Assembly (NCBI GenBank): GCA_013297695.1
Contig: JAAFHX010000003.1
Location: 1 to 59,601 of the forward strand
Direction of reading: 5' to 3'
Length of the DNA stretch: 59,601 bases
Source of the DNA: Rhodobacterales bacterium
Lineage (GTDB): Bacteria > Pseudomonadota > Alphaproteobacteria > Rhodobacterales > Rhodobacteraceae
Of the stretch, positions 32,378 to 41,015 are shown piece by piece. The notes under the pieces were generated by a model that was given only the letters and a program-made list of their open reading frames with translations, did not search any database and was not told the origin of the DNA. Each line of letters starts with the position of its first letter. Within the stretch, counting starts at the first letter, position 1. A program made the translations under genes and the position numbers.

Positions 32378-33691
32378 CTACTTGAGGTACCCGGCCTTGG
32401 TCATCTCGCGCGTGGTCAGGTCCTGCGCCGCCGCCAGACCGTCCTCAAGCGAGGTCGTGCCGGCCAGCACCGCCGAGAACTGCTGCCCCACCGCCGTGCC
32501 GATGCCCTGGAACTCGGGGATCGCCACGAACTGCACGCCCACATACGGCACCGGATCGACCGTCGGCTTCGTCGGATCGGCGGTGTTGATGCTGTCGATG
32601 GTCATCTTGGCGAAGGGAATCTTGGCGTATTCCGGGTTCGCGTACAGCGAAGACCGGGTACCCGGAGGCACGTTTGCCCAGCCTTCCTTCGATGCCACCA
32701 GCGCAAGGTAGTCCTTGTTGGTCGCCCAGTTCACGAAGGTCTTGGCCGCATCCGCCTTCTGCGTGCCTGCCGGGATCGCAAGGCTCCAGGCCCATAGCCA
32801 GTTGCCCCGCTTGCCAAGGCCGTTGTCCGGCGCAAGGGCAAAGCCCACCTTGTCGGCCACGGTCGAATCCTTGCCGGTCACGAACGACGCGGCAACGGTC
32901 GCGTCGATCCACATGCCACACTTGCCCTGCTGGAACAGCGCGAGGTTCTCGTTGAACCCGTTGTTGCTGGCACCGGGGGGGCCGTAGTTGGTCATCAGGT
33001 CCAGATAGAAGGTCAGCGTGTCCTTCCAGGGCTGGCCGTCGAACTGCGGCTTCCAGTCCATGTCGAACCACTTTGCGCCGAAGGAATTCGACATGGCCGT
33101 CAGGAAGGCCATGTTCTCGCCCCAGCCCGCCTTGCCGCGCAGGCAGATGCCGTAGATGCCGGCGTCCTTGTCGGTCATCCCGGCGGCAGCCGCCTTGATG
33201 TCGGCCCAGGTCGGCGCCTCGGGCATCTTCAGCCCGGCCTTTTCCATCAGGTCGGTGCGGTACATGACCATCGAGCTTTCGCCGTAGAAGGGCGAGGCAT
33301 AGAGGTTGCCGTCCACCGTCAGGCCACCCCGGATCGCGGGCAGCAGGTCGTCGGCATCATAGTCGGCGGGAAGGTCGTTCAGGCTGACAAGCCAACCCTG
33401 CTTGCCCCAGATCGGAACCTCGTAGGTGCCGATGGTCAGCACGTCGAACTGGCCGCCCTTGGTGGCGATGTCGGTGGTCACGCGCTGGCGCAGCTCGTTT
33501 TCTTCCAGCGTCACCCATTCCACCTTGATGTCCGGGTGCTTGGCATAGAAGTCGTCCATCAGACCCTGCATGCGGATCATGTCGCCGTTGTTCACGGTGG
33601 CCACGGTGATGGTGGTGGTCTCGGCGAGGGCTGCGGTCGCAAGGCATACGGCAGCCGACGCGCCCAAAAGGGCGCGAAGCGTGAATGTCAT
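32378..33691 (-). CDS. smoE: Sorbitol/mannitol ABC substrate-binding protein
   Basis: Signal peptide, ATVNNGDMIRMQ, CLRGKAGWGENMA, VPYVGVQFVAIPEFQG. Confidence 0.92.
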   Translation of the reverse strand: MTFTLRALLGASAAVCLATAALAETTTITVATVNNGDMIRMQGLMDDFYAKHPDIKVEWVTLEENELRQRVTTDIATKGGQFDVLTIGTYEVPIWGKQGWLVSLNDLPADYDADDLLPAIRGGLTVDGNLYASPFYGESSMVMYRTDLMEKAGLKMPEAPTWADIKAAAAGMTDKDAGIYGICLRGKAGWGENMAFLTAMSNSFGAKWFDMDWKPQFDGQPWKDTLTFYLDLMTNYGPPGASNNGFNENLALFQQGKCGMWIDATVAASFVTGKDSTVADKVGFALAPDNGLGKRGNWLWAWSLAIPAGTQKADAAKTFVNWATNKDYLALVASKEGWANVPPGTRSSLYANPEYAKIPFAKMTIDSINTADPTKPTVDPVPYVGVQFVAIPEFQGIGTAVGQQFSAVLAGTTSLEDGLAAAQDLTTREMTKAGYLK

Positions 33692-33731
33692 CGGTATCCT
33701 CCCATATCGGCGATTGAGCAAATCATCGCCT

Positions 33732-33749
33732 TGTGAGCAATTACCCACA
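33732..33749. promoter_or_regulatory. Putative SmoC operator
   Basis: Imperfect palindrome TGTGAGCAATTACCCACA upstream of smoE, with a second TGAGCAA half-site at ~33715. Confidence 0.5.
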
Positions 33750-33823
33750 CTGGGAGCCGTTCCGTCAACAGTCTTGTTGCCCTGCCGATTTAATTTTGGG
33801 CGGAAAGAAAATCGGCCCTGCGG

Positions 33824-34783
33824 TCATTCCCGCGCAAGGACGGCCCGCGCGGTCGCCTCGTCGGTGACCAGTCCGTTCAGGATGCGGGATTTCAGCGCGG
33901 CGTGGATCGCGCCGACCTTGGACCTGCCCGCCGCAATGCCGATCACCGGACGGTCCAGACCCGGGGTCACCCGCACCCCGCCGACCCGGGTATTCGTGCC
34001 CAGGTCCAGATAGCGGCCATCAGAATCATAGACCCAGCCCGCAACCTCGCCCTCGGCACCCGCCGCCTGCATCGTCGCAAGGTCTTCGGCGGTGACAAAG
34101 CCATCGGCCAGAAGGGGCGCGTCATTGCCCATCTGGCCGACGCCCACGAAGGTCACGTCGGCCTTCCGCGCCAGGTCCACCACCCGGCGCACCGGGGCCA
34201 GCGCCTGAAAGGCCGCGTTCTCTTCCGCCGTGTCGGATATCACCGGCACCGGCATCGGGTAGTGCGGCGCACGCACCTTGTCGGCGATGCGCATGATGAC
34301 ATCGAAGAAGCTGGCCGAACCATCCGGCGCGATGTTCCCGATCAGCGAGACAAGGCGATGGTGGTCCGCCTCCATCGTGTTGATCGCATCGACGGTGGCC
34401 CGCAGGGCGCGCCCCGTTCCAAGCGCAATCACCAGCGGCTCGGGCATGCGCAGGAACCGCTCCACCTCGGCTGCGGCCGTGGGGGCGATGGCGGCCACCG
34501 GATCGCCGCCTTCGCCCATGCCGGGTGCGACCCGGCAGCGCGTCATGCGGTAGCGCGCCTTCAGCGCGGCTTCCAGGTCGATGCAGGCGGCGATCCGATG
34601 CTCAAGCCGCACATGGATCAGCCCTTCGGCCATGGCACGGCTGACCAGCCGTTGCGCCCGCTGGCGCGACACGCCCAGTTCGCGCGCGATCTGGTCCTGC
34701 GTCAGCCCGCCCACATAGTACAGCCAGCCGGCCCGGGCGGCGTCGTCCGAAGGGCTGGAGTCAGGGTCGGAAAGCTGGTTCAT
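33824..34783 (-). CDS. smoC: SorC/DeoR-type sugar-binding transcriptional regulator
   Basis: AARAGWLYYVGGLTQDQIARELGVSR HTH; C-terminal GLVTDE sugar-binding domain. Confidence 0.88.
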   Translation of the reverse strand: MNQLSDPDSSPSDDAARAGWLYYVGGLTQDQIARELGVSRQRAQRLVSRAMAEGLIHVRLEHRIAACIDLEAALKARYRMTRCRVAPGMGEGGDPVAAIAPTAAAEVERFLRMPEPLVIALGTGRALRATVDAINTMEADHHRLVSLIGNIAPDGSASFFDVIMRIADKVRAPHYPMPVPVISDTAEENAAFQALAPVRRVVDLARKADVTFVGVGQMGNDAPLLADGFVTAEDLATMQAAGAEGEVAGWVYDSDGRYLDLGTNTRVGGVRVTPGLDRPVIGIAAGRSKVGAIHAALKSRILNGLVTDEATARAVLARE

Positions 34784-34787
34784 CCGG

Positions 34788-35492
34788 TCACACGGCGGCG
34801 CAGGCAGACGCAGGCAGGGCATCCGGTCGGCACAGATCGGGCCGCAGCCTGAACAGGCCGTCGAACCGGTCGATCACCTGATGCGGACGTGCGTCATCGG
34901 GGGGCGTCAGGTCAAGCCCGTGCAGATGCGTGCCTCCGGTGAACCGCCACACTTCCATCCCGGCCGCCAGTCCCGCCCGCACGCCGTTCACGCTGTCCTC
35001 GATCACAAGGCACCGTGCAGGATCGACCCCCATGCGGGCAGCGGCGTGCAGGAACAGATCGGGCGCAGGCTTGCCGCGGGCAACCTCGCTTGCCGTAAAA
35101 CTGCGGCCCGCGAACAGCGGCGCAAGCCCGGTCAGCTCCAGCGACCGCCGCAACCGTTCCGGACTGGATGACGTGGCCAGGCAATAGGGACGGTCCAGTG
35201 CGGCAATCACCGGCTCGACCCCCGGCATCACCTTCAGGTCCCGCTCGAAGGCCGCCAGCAGACGCGCCCGGTAATCGGCCTCGAACCGGTCCGGCAGGGC
35301 AACGCCCCACCGCTCGCGCACCTCTTTCAGAACCACCGGATAGCTGCGGCCAAGGAAATGGCTGCTGACAAAGGCCATGTCCATGTCCACGCCATAACCC
35401 GCCAGTTCGGCAATCAGCATGCGGGCGCTGATGACCTCGCTGTCGATCAGCACCCCGTCGCAATCAAAGATGACCAGTTCCGTCCCGCTCAT
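34788..35492 (-). CDS. HAD-family phosphatase
   Basis: FDCDGVLIDSE, GKPAPDLF, VIEDSVNG. Confidence 0.9.
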   Translation of the reverse strand: MSGTELVIFDCDGVLIDSEVISARMLIAELAGYGVDMDMAFVSSHFLGRSYPVVLKEVRERWGVALPDRFEADYRARLLAAFERDLKVMPGVEPVIAALDRPYCLATSSSPERLRRSLELTGLAPLFAGRSFTASEVARGKPAPDLFLHAAARMGVDPARCLVIEDSVNGVRAGLAAGMEVWRFTGGTHLHGLDLTPPDDARPHQVIDRFDGLFRLRPDLCRPDALPASACAAV

Positions 35493-35548
35493 CCCGTCAG
35501 CTTAGGCCCCTGCGTCCCGCAGGTCCACCGTTCCGGCACCCATGGACG

Positions 35549-36217
35549 CTAGCCGAAGAAGCCGGCGGCCTGAATGACCGGCCCGACCTCCTCCCAACCG
35601 CGCCAGATCATGTCGAGCGCGACGTAAAGAATGATCGCCAGACCGATGTAGGCGATCCAGCGATACCTGTTCAGCAGACGGGCGATGAACGATGCGGCAA
35701 GCCCCATCAACGCGATGGACAGCATGAGGCCGAACACCAGGATCGTCGGATGTTCCCGCGCGGCCCCGGCCACGGCCAGCACGTTGTCCAGAGACATCGA
35801 CACATCGGCGATCACGATCTGGATCACCGCCTGCTTCAGCGACTTGCGGGGCGCGCCCCCGGCGACGGTGCCGTCCGCGTTCAGGTCCGCATTGGCCAAC
35901 GCCTCGACCGACTGAAGCTCTGCCTCGGCATGCCCGGCCCGAAGTTCGCGCCACATCTTCCAGCAGACCCACAACAGCAGGATGCCGCCCATCAGGAGCA
36001 GCCCGACGATGGCCAGCAATTGCACCGTCACCAGGGCAAAACCGATCCGCATCACCGTCGCCGCGATGATCCCGATCAGGATGGCGTTGCGGCGCTGGTC
36101 CACCGGCAGGCCGGCTGCGGCCAGACCGATCACGATGGCGTTGTCCCCCGCCAGGACAAGATCGATCATGATGACCTGCATCAAAGCCGTCAGACCCTCG
36201 GCAGTAAAGATTTCCAT
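35549..36217 (-). CDS. TerC family membrane protein (YjbE type)
   Basis: IDLVLAGDNAIVI and ADVSMSLDNVLAVAG motifs. Confidence 0.9.
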   Translation of the reverse strand: MEIFTAEGLTALMQVIMIDLVLAGDNAIVIGLAAAGLPVDQRRNAILIGIIAATVMRIGFALVTVQLLAIVGLLLMGGILLLWVCWKMWRELRAGHAEAELQSVEALANADLNADGTVAGGAPRKSLKQAVIQIVIADVSMSLDNVLAVAGAAREHPTILVFGLMLSIALMGLAASFIARLLNRYRWIAYIGLAIILYVALDMIWRGWEEVGPVIQAAGFFG

Positions 36218-36391
36218 GGGCAGCGCACTCCGGCAAGGTCGATCGCCCCGCTTGGTAAGCCTTGCCTGACCCAACATCAATCGGGTTTCCACCGGGCCAT
36301 GCGGTCCGGCCGCGACCACCGGGACACTGTGCGGGGCCTGCCCATGGGGCTGCCGGGAAAGTCCGTTCCCTTTTTCGGCCTTTCAAGCGGC

Positions 36392-36420
36392 TTGATTTTT
36401 CGCACCCCGGAAGGCATTAT
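36392..36420 (+). promoter_or_regulatory. Putative sigma-70 promoter of the csp gene
   Basis: TTGATT-N17-CATTAT, implying a ~115-nt 5' UTR typical of cold-shock genes. Confidence 0.55.
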
Positions 36421-36540
36421 CAGCTTGCGACGTTATCCTATCGACCACTGTCTCCGCTATCGGCACAGTCCCTCGATCTTGCGCTGACTGAGCCGGGCCG
36501 CCGCACTACCGCGGGCGGCGAGTTAAGAGGAGACTTCACG

Positions 36541-36747
36541 ATGGCCAAGGGCACCGTGAAATGGTTCAATGAAACCAAAGGCTACGGCTTCATCGCCCCG
36601 GAAGGCGGCCGCAAGGACGTGTTCGTGCACATCACCGCGCTGGAACGTGCGGGCCTGCGTTCGCTGAAGGACGGCCAGGCCGTGACCTTCGACATCGAGT
36701 CGGGCCGCGACGGCCGCGAATCGGCAACGAACCTCGCGCTGGCCTGA
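36541..36747 (+). CDS. cspA: Cold-shock protein
   Basis: MAKGTVKWFNETKGYGFI, DVFVHIT; RBS GAGGAG. Confidence 0.95.
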   Translation: MAKGTVKWFNETKGYGFIAPEGGRKDVFVHITALERAGLRSLKDGQAVTFDIESGRDGRESATNLALA

Positions 36748-36770
36748 GCCACCGCGATCAGCGGAATTCG

Positions 36771-36799
36771 AAAAGGCGGGCCGTCGGGTCCGCCTTTTT
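36771..36799. terminator. Bidirectional intrinsic terminator
   Basis: AAAAGGCGG...CCGCCTTTTT between the convergent csp and GMC genes. Confidence 0.8.
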
Positions 36800-36800
36800 G

Positions 36801-38417
36801 CTATCGGTGATCCGCCAGGATCAGTTCGGATCCGCGCCAGCCCAGCATCATCGCAGGCGCGTTGGTGTTGCCCGCGATCAGCGTCGGAAACGCCGAGGCG
36901 TCGCAGACCCGCAGCCCCGCCACCCCATGCACCCGCAGGCGCGGGTCCACGACTGCGGTCGCAGGGTCCGGCCCCATCCGGGCGGTACAGGACGGATGAT
37001 AGACCGTGCCGCTGCGCGCGCGGAAATCGGCGATGAGTTCCTCGTCGGTCCGGCATTCGGGGCCGGGGCGCAGTTCGGCGTCGATCAGGTCGGCTAGCGG
37101 CTTTGTGGCCGCCAGCAGACGCAGGAACTTCACCGCCGCCAGCATCTCCTGCACGTCATGGTCGGTGGAATAGGCATTGGCCGTGATGACCGGCGGCACC
37201 ATCGGATCGGACGAGCGGATGCGGATATTCCCGCGGCTGGTCGGGCGGCAGTTCGACAGGCCAAGCGACATGCCGGGAAAGGGGTCCGGCGACAGGATCG
37301 GCCGTTCGCCCTCACGCGGGATCAGGGTTGAAAACGCCTGCATGTAAAGCTGCATGTTCGGGCGCGGCAGGTCGGGGCGCGTGCGGAAGAACCCGCCCCC
37401 GTGGTTGATCGACAGGCTCAGCGGCCCGCTGCGCGTCAGCAGGTACTGCATCCCCACCCGCAGCTTGCCCCACCAGGGCCGCAGCGTGTCGTTCAGCGTC
37501 GGCACCTTCATCCGGTAGGTGTAGTTCAGCCCCTGATGGTCGTTCAGATGGTCGCCCACGTTGGGATTGTCGCGCCGCACCTCGATGCCGTGTCGGCGCA
37601 GCAGCGCCCCCGGCCCGATGCCCGACAGCTGCAGCAACTGCGGCGAGTTGATCGCGCCCCCGGCAAGGATCACCTCGGCCCGCGCCCGGATCACCCGCCG
37701 CGCGCCGCCCTGCACCACCTCGACGCCCGTGGCGCGCCCGCTCTCGATCACCACGCGCGTCACCATCGCGCGGGTCATGACCTTCAGGTTCGCCCGCCGC
37801 ATCGCCGGGCGCAGGAAGGCGCGCGCCGCCGAGTTGCGCCGACCGTCCTTCACCGTAAGTTGGTAATGCCCCGCGCCCTCCTGCTCGGCCCCGTTGAAGT
37901 CGGGGTTGCGGCGCAGCCCCGTCGCCTCGCAGGCGGCGACAAAGGGGGCAACAAGCGGATGCAGATCGCGGGTATTGGCGCTGACGAACAGCGGCCCGCC
38001 CTGCCCGCGCCAGGCGTCAGACCCCGCCTCGTTGTCCTCCATCGCGCGGTAGGCCGCCAGCACTTCGTCCCAGCCCCAGCCGGTGTTGCCAAGCGCCGCC
38101 CAGTCCTCGTAATCCGCCCGGTGGCCGCGGACATAGACCATCGCGTTGATGGATGACGACCCGCCCAGCACCTTGCCGCGCGGCCAGTAGTCGCTTTGCC
38201 CCGCCAGCCCCGGATCGGCCTCGGTCCGATAGCACCAGTTCACCGCCGGGTCATAGAACAGCTTGCCATAGCCCAACGGCATCTGGACGAAAAAGCGCAG
38301 GTCGCTGCCCCCGGCCTCGATCACCAGCACCTTGAAGCGCCCGTCCGCAGTCAGCCGGTCGGCCAGAACGGACCCCGCCGAGCCTGCCCCCACGATGATG
38401 AAATCCGCCTCGTCCAC
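36801..38417 (-). CDS. GMC oxidoreductase (choline dehydrogenase-like)
   Basis: VGAGSAG, PRGKVLGGSSSINAM, GAINSPQLLQLSGIG, YHPSCT, GNTNAP. Confidence 0.9.
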   Translation of the reverse strand: MDEADFIIVGAGSAGSVLADRLTADGRFKVLVIEAGGSDLRFFVQMPLGYGKLFYDPAVNWCYRTEADPGLAGQSDYWPRGKVLGGSSSINAMVYVRGHRADYEDWAALGNTGWGWDEVLAAYRAMEDNEAGSDAWRGQGGPLFVSANTRDLHPLVAPFVAACEATGLRRNPDFNGAEQEGAGHYQLTVKDGRRNSAARAFLRPAMRRANLKVMTRAMVTRVVIESGRATGVEVVQGGARRVIRARAEVILAGGAINSPQLLQLSGIGPGALLRRHGIEVRRDNPNVGDHLNDHQGLNYTYRMKVPTLNDTLRPWWGKLRVGMQYLLTRSGPLSLSINHGGGFFRTRPDLPRPNMQLYMQAFSTLIPREGERPILSPDPFPGMSLGLSNCRPTSRGNIRIRSSDPMVPPVITANAYSTDHDVQEMLAAVKFLRLLAATKPLADLIDAELRPGPECRTDEELIADFRARSGTVYHPSCTARMGPDPATAVVDPRLRVHGVAGLRVCDASAFPTLIAGNTNAPAMMLGWRGSELILADHR

Positions 38418-38530
38418 GCCTGCCTGCCCCGGTTTTTCCGAAAGACACTAGCGGCACCGGGCGGAATGGCCCGGCCAAAAGCGACAGGATGCGTCGCAAG
38501 GGGCAATGTCGGAACCGGAGTCGGCGCCCC

Positions 38531-38554
38531 GTAGGGTGCGTGCTCGCACGCACC
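38531..38554 (+). repeat. GTAG-type REP element
   Basis: GTAG followed by the perfect hairpin GGTGCGTG-CTCG-CACGCACC, intergenic. Confidence 0.7.
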
Positions 38555-38607
38555 GCCCCCCGGCCCTCGGTCCTGTCGCGGCCCGGGACCGGCGCGATGT
38601 CCCGAAT

Positions 38608-38943
38608 CTACCCCCTCAGCGGATAGCGATCCGCTTCCGCAAACACGTCGATTACCCGCGTCCCACGCCTGATCTCCGCGCCATGCAGCACGCCCGGCGC
38701 AATGGTGTAGCTGTCGCCGGGGCGGTAGACTTTTGTCTCGTCGCCGATGGTAAAGGTGATCTCGCCCTCCACCACCGTGCCCCACTGCGCGCCATGGGAA
38801 TGCATCGGCAGCGTCACGTCCTTGAGGAAGGTGAAGAAGATGACCAGACCGGCCTCGGACCGGATCGCGCGGGTCTGCACCACGTCCTCGGGAAAGGGCA
38901 GAGCAAGGGCAGGGAAGGCGTCGAAGAAATCTGGGAAAGGCAT
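38608..38943 (-). CDS. Single cupin domain protein
   Basis: LPMHSHGAQWGTVVEG and GDSYTIAPGVLHGA cupin motifs; RBS AGGAG. Confidence 0.85.
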   Translation of the reverse strand: MPFPDFFDAFPALALPFPEDVVQTRAIRSEAGLVIFFTFLKDVTLPMHSHGAQWGTVVEGEITFTIGDETKVYRPGDSYTIAPGVLHGAEIRRGTRVIDVFAEADRYPLRG

Positions 38944-38962
38944 GGGGTGCTCCTGTTTCTGG

Positions 38963-39862
38963 TCAGTTCGTCTCGAACTTCGCCCGGTAGCGCGGAACGA
39001 AAAAGGCGGCAAAGGCCTTGACCTCGGGGCGGCGCCAGGCAGCGGGGCTGATCACCAGCCAGACGGATGGGCACGCTTCCGGGGGAAGGTCGAAGCATTT
39101 GACGACATGCCCCGGGTCCAGCGACGTGCGCGTGGGCAACCAGCCGATCCCGCTGCCCATCATGATCGCGGCCTCGGTGCCCGTCAGGCCGGGGAACCGC
39201 ACGGCGATCTGGTCCGGCGCGATCCGCGCCGCCAGCCAGCGGTCCGCCTGCCATGCTGCATCCCCGCCATCGCGCAGGATGAACCGGTGCGCCGCAAGTT
39301 CTGCCTCGCACGACGGCAGGCCATGCTCCGCTGCATAGGACCGCGAGGCGAACAGCGACATCCCGACCACCCGAATCCGGCGGCAGATCAGCGACGGATC
39401 GTCGATCCTGTCAGCGCCCCGGATCGCCACGTCGGCCTGACCCGCCGCAAGGTCGAGCTTTTCGTCGCTCGGAATCAGGTCGAGCGGCACATCGGGATGC
39501 AGGCGCAGGAACTCCTCCAGCACCGATGTCAGCCGGATGGTGAAGGCCCCCATGAATCCGGTCAGCCTGATCCGGCGCGACCGTGCGGTGACCCGTTGAC
39601 CGGCAGTTCGGATCAGCCCGGCGGCGGAGCCTTCCATCGCCTCGGCATCGGCCATCAGCGCCCGCGCATCATCCGTCGGGTGAAACCCCTGCGTGTCCCG
39701 CTCGAACAGCACCAGGCCAAGCGCGTGCTCCAGCACGTCGATCCGCCGCGCCACGGTGGGCTGCGACAGCCCGAGCGCCTTCGAGGCCGCCAACGTCGAG
39801 CCCGCCCGCATCACGGCCAGGAACACCCGCACGTCGGACCAGTCGCGGAAGGCGCTATTCAT
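38963..39862 (-). CDS. LysR-family regulator
   Basis: DWSDVRVFLAV, GSTLAASKALGLSQPTVARRI, LFER, ADVAIR. Confidence 0.92.
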   Translation of the reverse strand: MNSAFRDWSDVRVFLAVMRAGSTLAASKALGLSQPTVARRIDVLEHALGLVLFERDTQGFHPTDDARALMADAEAMEGSAAGLIRTAGQRVTARSRRIRLTGFMGAFTIRLTSVLEEFLRLHPDVPLDLIPSDEKLDLAAGQADVAIRGADRIDDPSLICRRIRVVGMSLFASRSYAAEHGLPSCEAELAAHRFILRDGGDAAWQADRWLAARIAPDQIAVRFPGLTGTEAAIMMGSGIGWLPTRTSLDPGHVVKCFDLPPEACPSVWLVISPAAWRRPEVKAFAAFFVPRYRAKFETN

Positions 39863-39952
39863 TTCTGTAGAGCACCACAATGCCGCGCCGGATACCAGAA
39901 AAATCCCCTTGGCCCCACCCTGATCCCGCAATCGGATGAAAGGGATCAGATC

Positions 39953-40165
39953 ATGACCGTTGCTCTTGCGCCGTTCCGCCTGCCCCGCCTGTCGTCCCTG
40001 CTGCGCCGCCCCGCTGCACGGACCTTGCTGCCCGCAGCGCCCGGGGCTGACGACGCCGAAAGCACCCGCGCGACGATGGATGTGCTGCTGTGCTGCGACT
40101 ACCCCTGCTGCCAGGGCGAGGTCGAGCTGCTGGGCCTGATGGCCTGCCCGCTGCGAAGCTGTTGA
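39953..40165 (+). CDS. Small Cys-rich hypothetical protein (70 aa)
   Basis: ATG after AAAGGGA, GC3-rich codons, divergent from LysR; C-terminus LLCCDYPCCQGEVELLGLMACPLRSC. Confidence 0.65.
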   Translation: MTVALAPFRLPRLSSLLRRPAARTLLPAAPGADDAESTRATMDVLLCCDYPCCQGEVELLGLMACPLRSC

Positions 40166-40217
40166 GCCATCCGGGGGCCGCTTCCTCCGCCTGCCCCTCC
40201 GGGCAACGGAAATGCCG

Positions 40218-41015
40218 TCAGCGCCCCTTCCAGACCGGATCGCGCTTTTCGGCAAAGGCGCGGGCACCTTCCAGTTGGTCCTCGCTGGAGTAAAGCCGGT
40301 CCACCGTCGGCATCTGCCGCTTGGTCACCCGGTTCAGCGCGTCCTGAAACCGCAGCGCCTCGGCCTCGCGCACGACTTCCTTGATCGCCGCCATGACCAG
40401 AGGCGGCCCGCTTTCCAAGAGCCGCGCCAGCGCCCAGGCCTTCGGCAGCAGGTCGGCGGGCGCGGTGATCTCCTTCACGATCCCCCACCGCAGCGCCTCT
40501 TCCGCATCGAACCAGCGCCCGGTCAGCAGCAGGTCCATCGCGACGTGATAGGGAATGCGCTTGGGCAGCTTGATGCTGGCCGCGTCGGCCACCGTGCCCG
40601 ACCGGATTTCCGGCAGTGCGAAGGTGGCGTTGTCCGAAGCCAGGATCAGGTCGCAGGACAGCGCCAGTTCAAGGCCCCCGCCGCAGCAGATGCCGTTGAC
40701 GGCGGCGATGACGGGCTTGTTCAGGTTCGGCAGTTCCTGCAAACCGCCAAAGCCGCCCACGCCATAGTCGCCATCCACCGCATCGCCGGCCGCCGCCGCC
40801 TTCAGGTCCCAGCCGGGGCAGAAGAATTTCTCGCCCTCGGCCCGCAGAATCGCCACCCGCAGCCGGTCATCGTCGCGGAAGGCGCGGAACACCCGCCCCA
40901 TGACCCGGCTGGTCACAAGGTCGATCGCGTTGGCCTTGGGCCGGTCCAGCGTCACCTCCAGCACCGCACCCTCGATGCGGGCGCGGAACGGTCCTTCCGA
41001 AGGGTAGTCGGTCAT
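40218..41015 (-). CDS. caiD: Carnitinyl-CoA dehydratase / crotonobetainyl-CoA hydratase
   Basis: DRPKANAID, FFCPGWDLK, GGGLEL, FALPEI, AFAEKRDPVWKGR. Confidence 0.88.
   Translation of the reverse strand: MTDYPSEGPFRARIEGAVLEVTLDRPKANAIDLVTSRVMGRVFRAFRDDDRLRVAILRAEGEKFFCPGWDLKAAAAGDAVDGDYGVGGFGGLQELPNLNKPVIAAVNGICCGGGLELALSCDLILASDNATFALPEIRSGTVADAASIKLPKRIPYHVAMDLLLTGRWFDAEEALRWGIVKEITAPADLLPKAWALARLLESGPPLVMAAIKEVVREAEALRFQDALNRVTKRQMPTVDRLYSSEDQLEGARAFAEKRDPVWKGR

Noticed and set aside
36218-36360. Possible yybP-ykoY Mn riboswitch before the TerC gene
   Set aside because: It lacks the conserved GGGGAGUA/GAGACC elements; only a simple GGCAAGG/CCTTGCC stem (36232-36266) is present.
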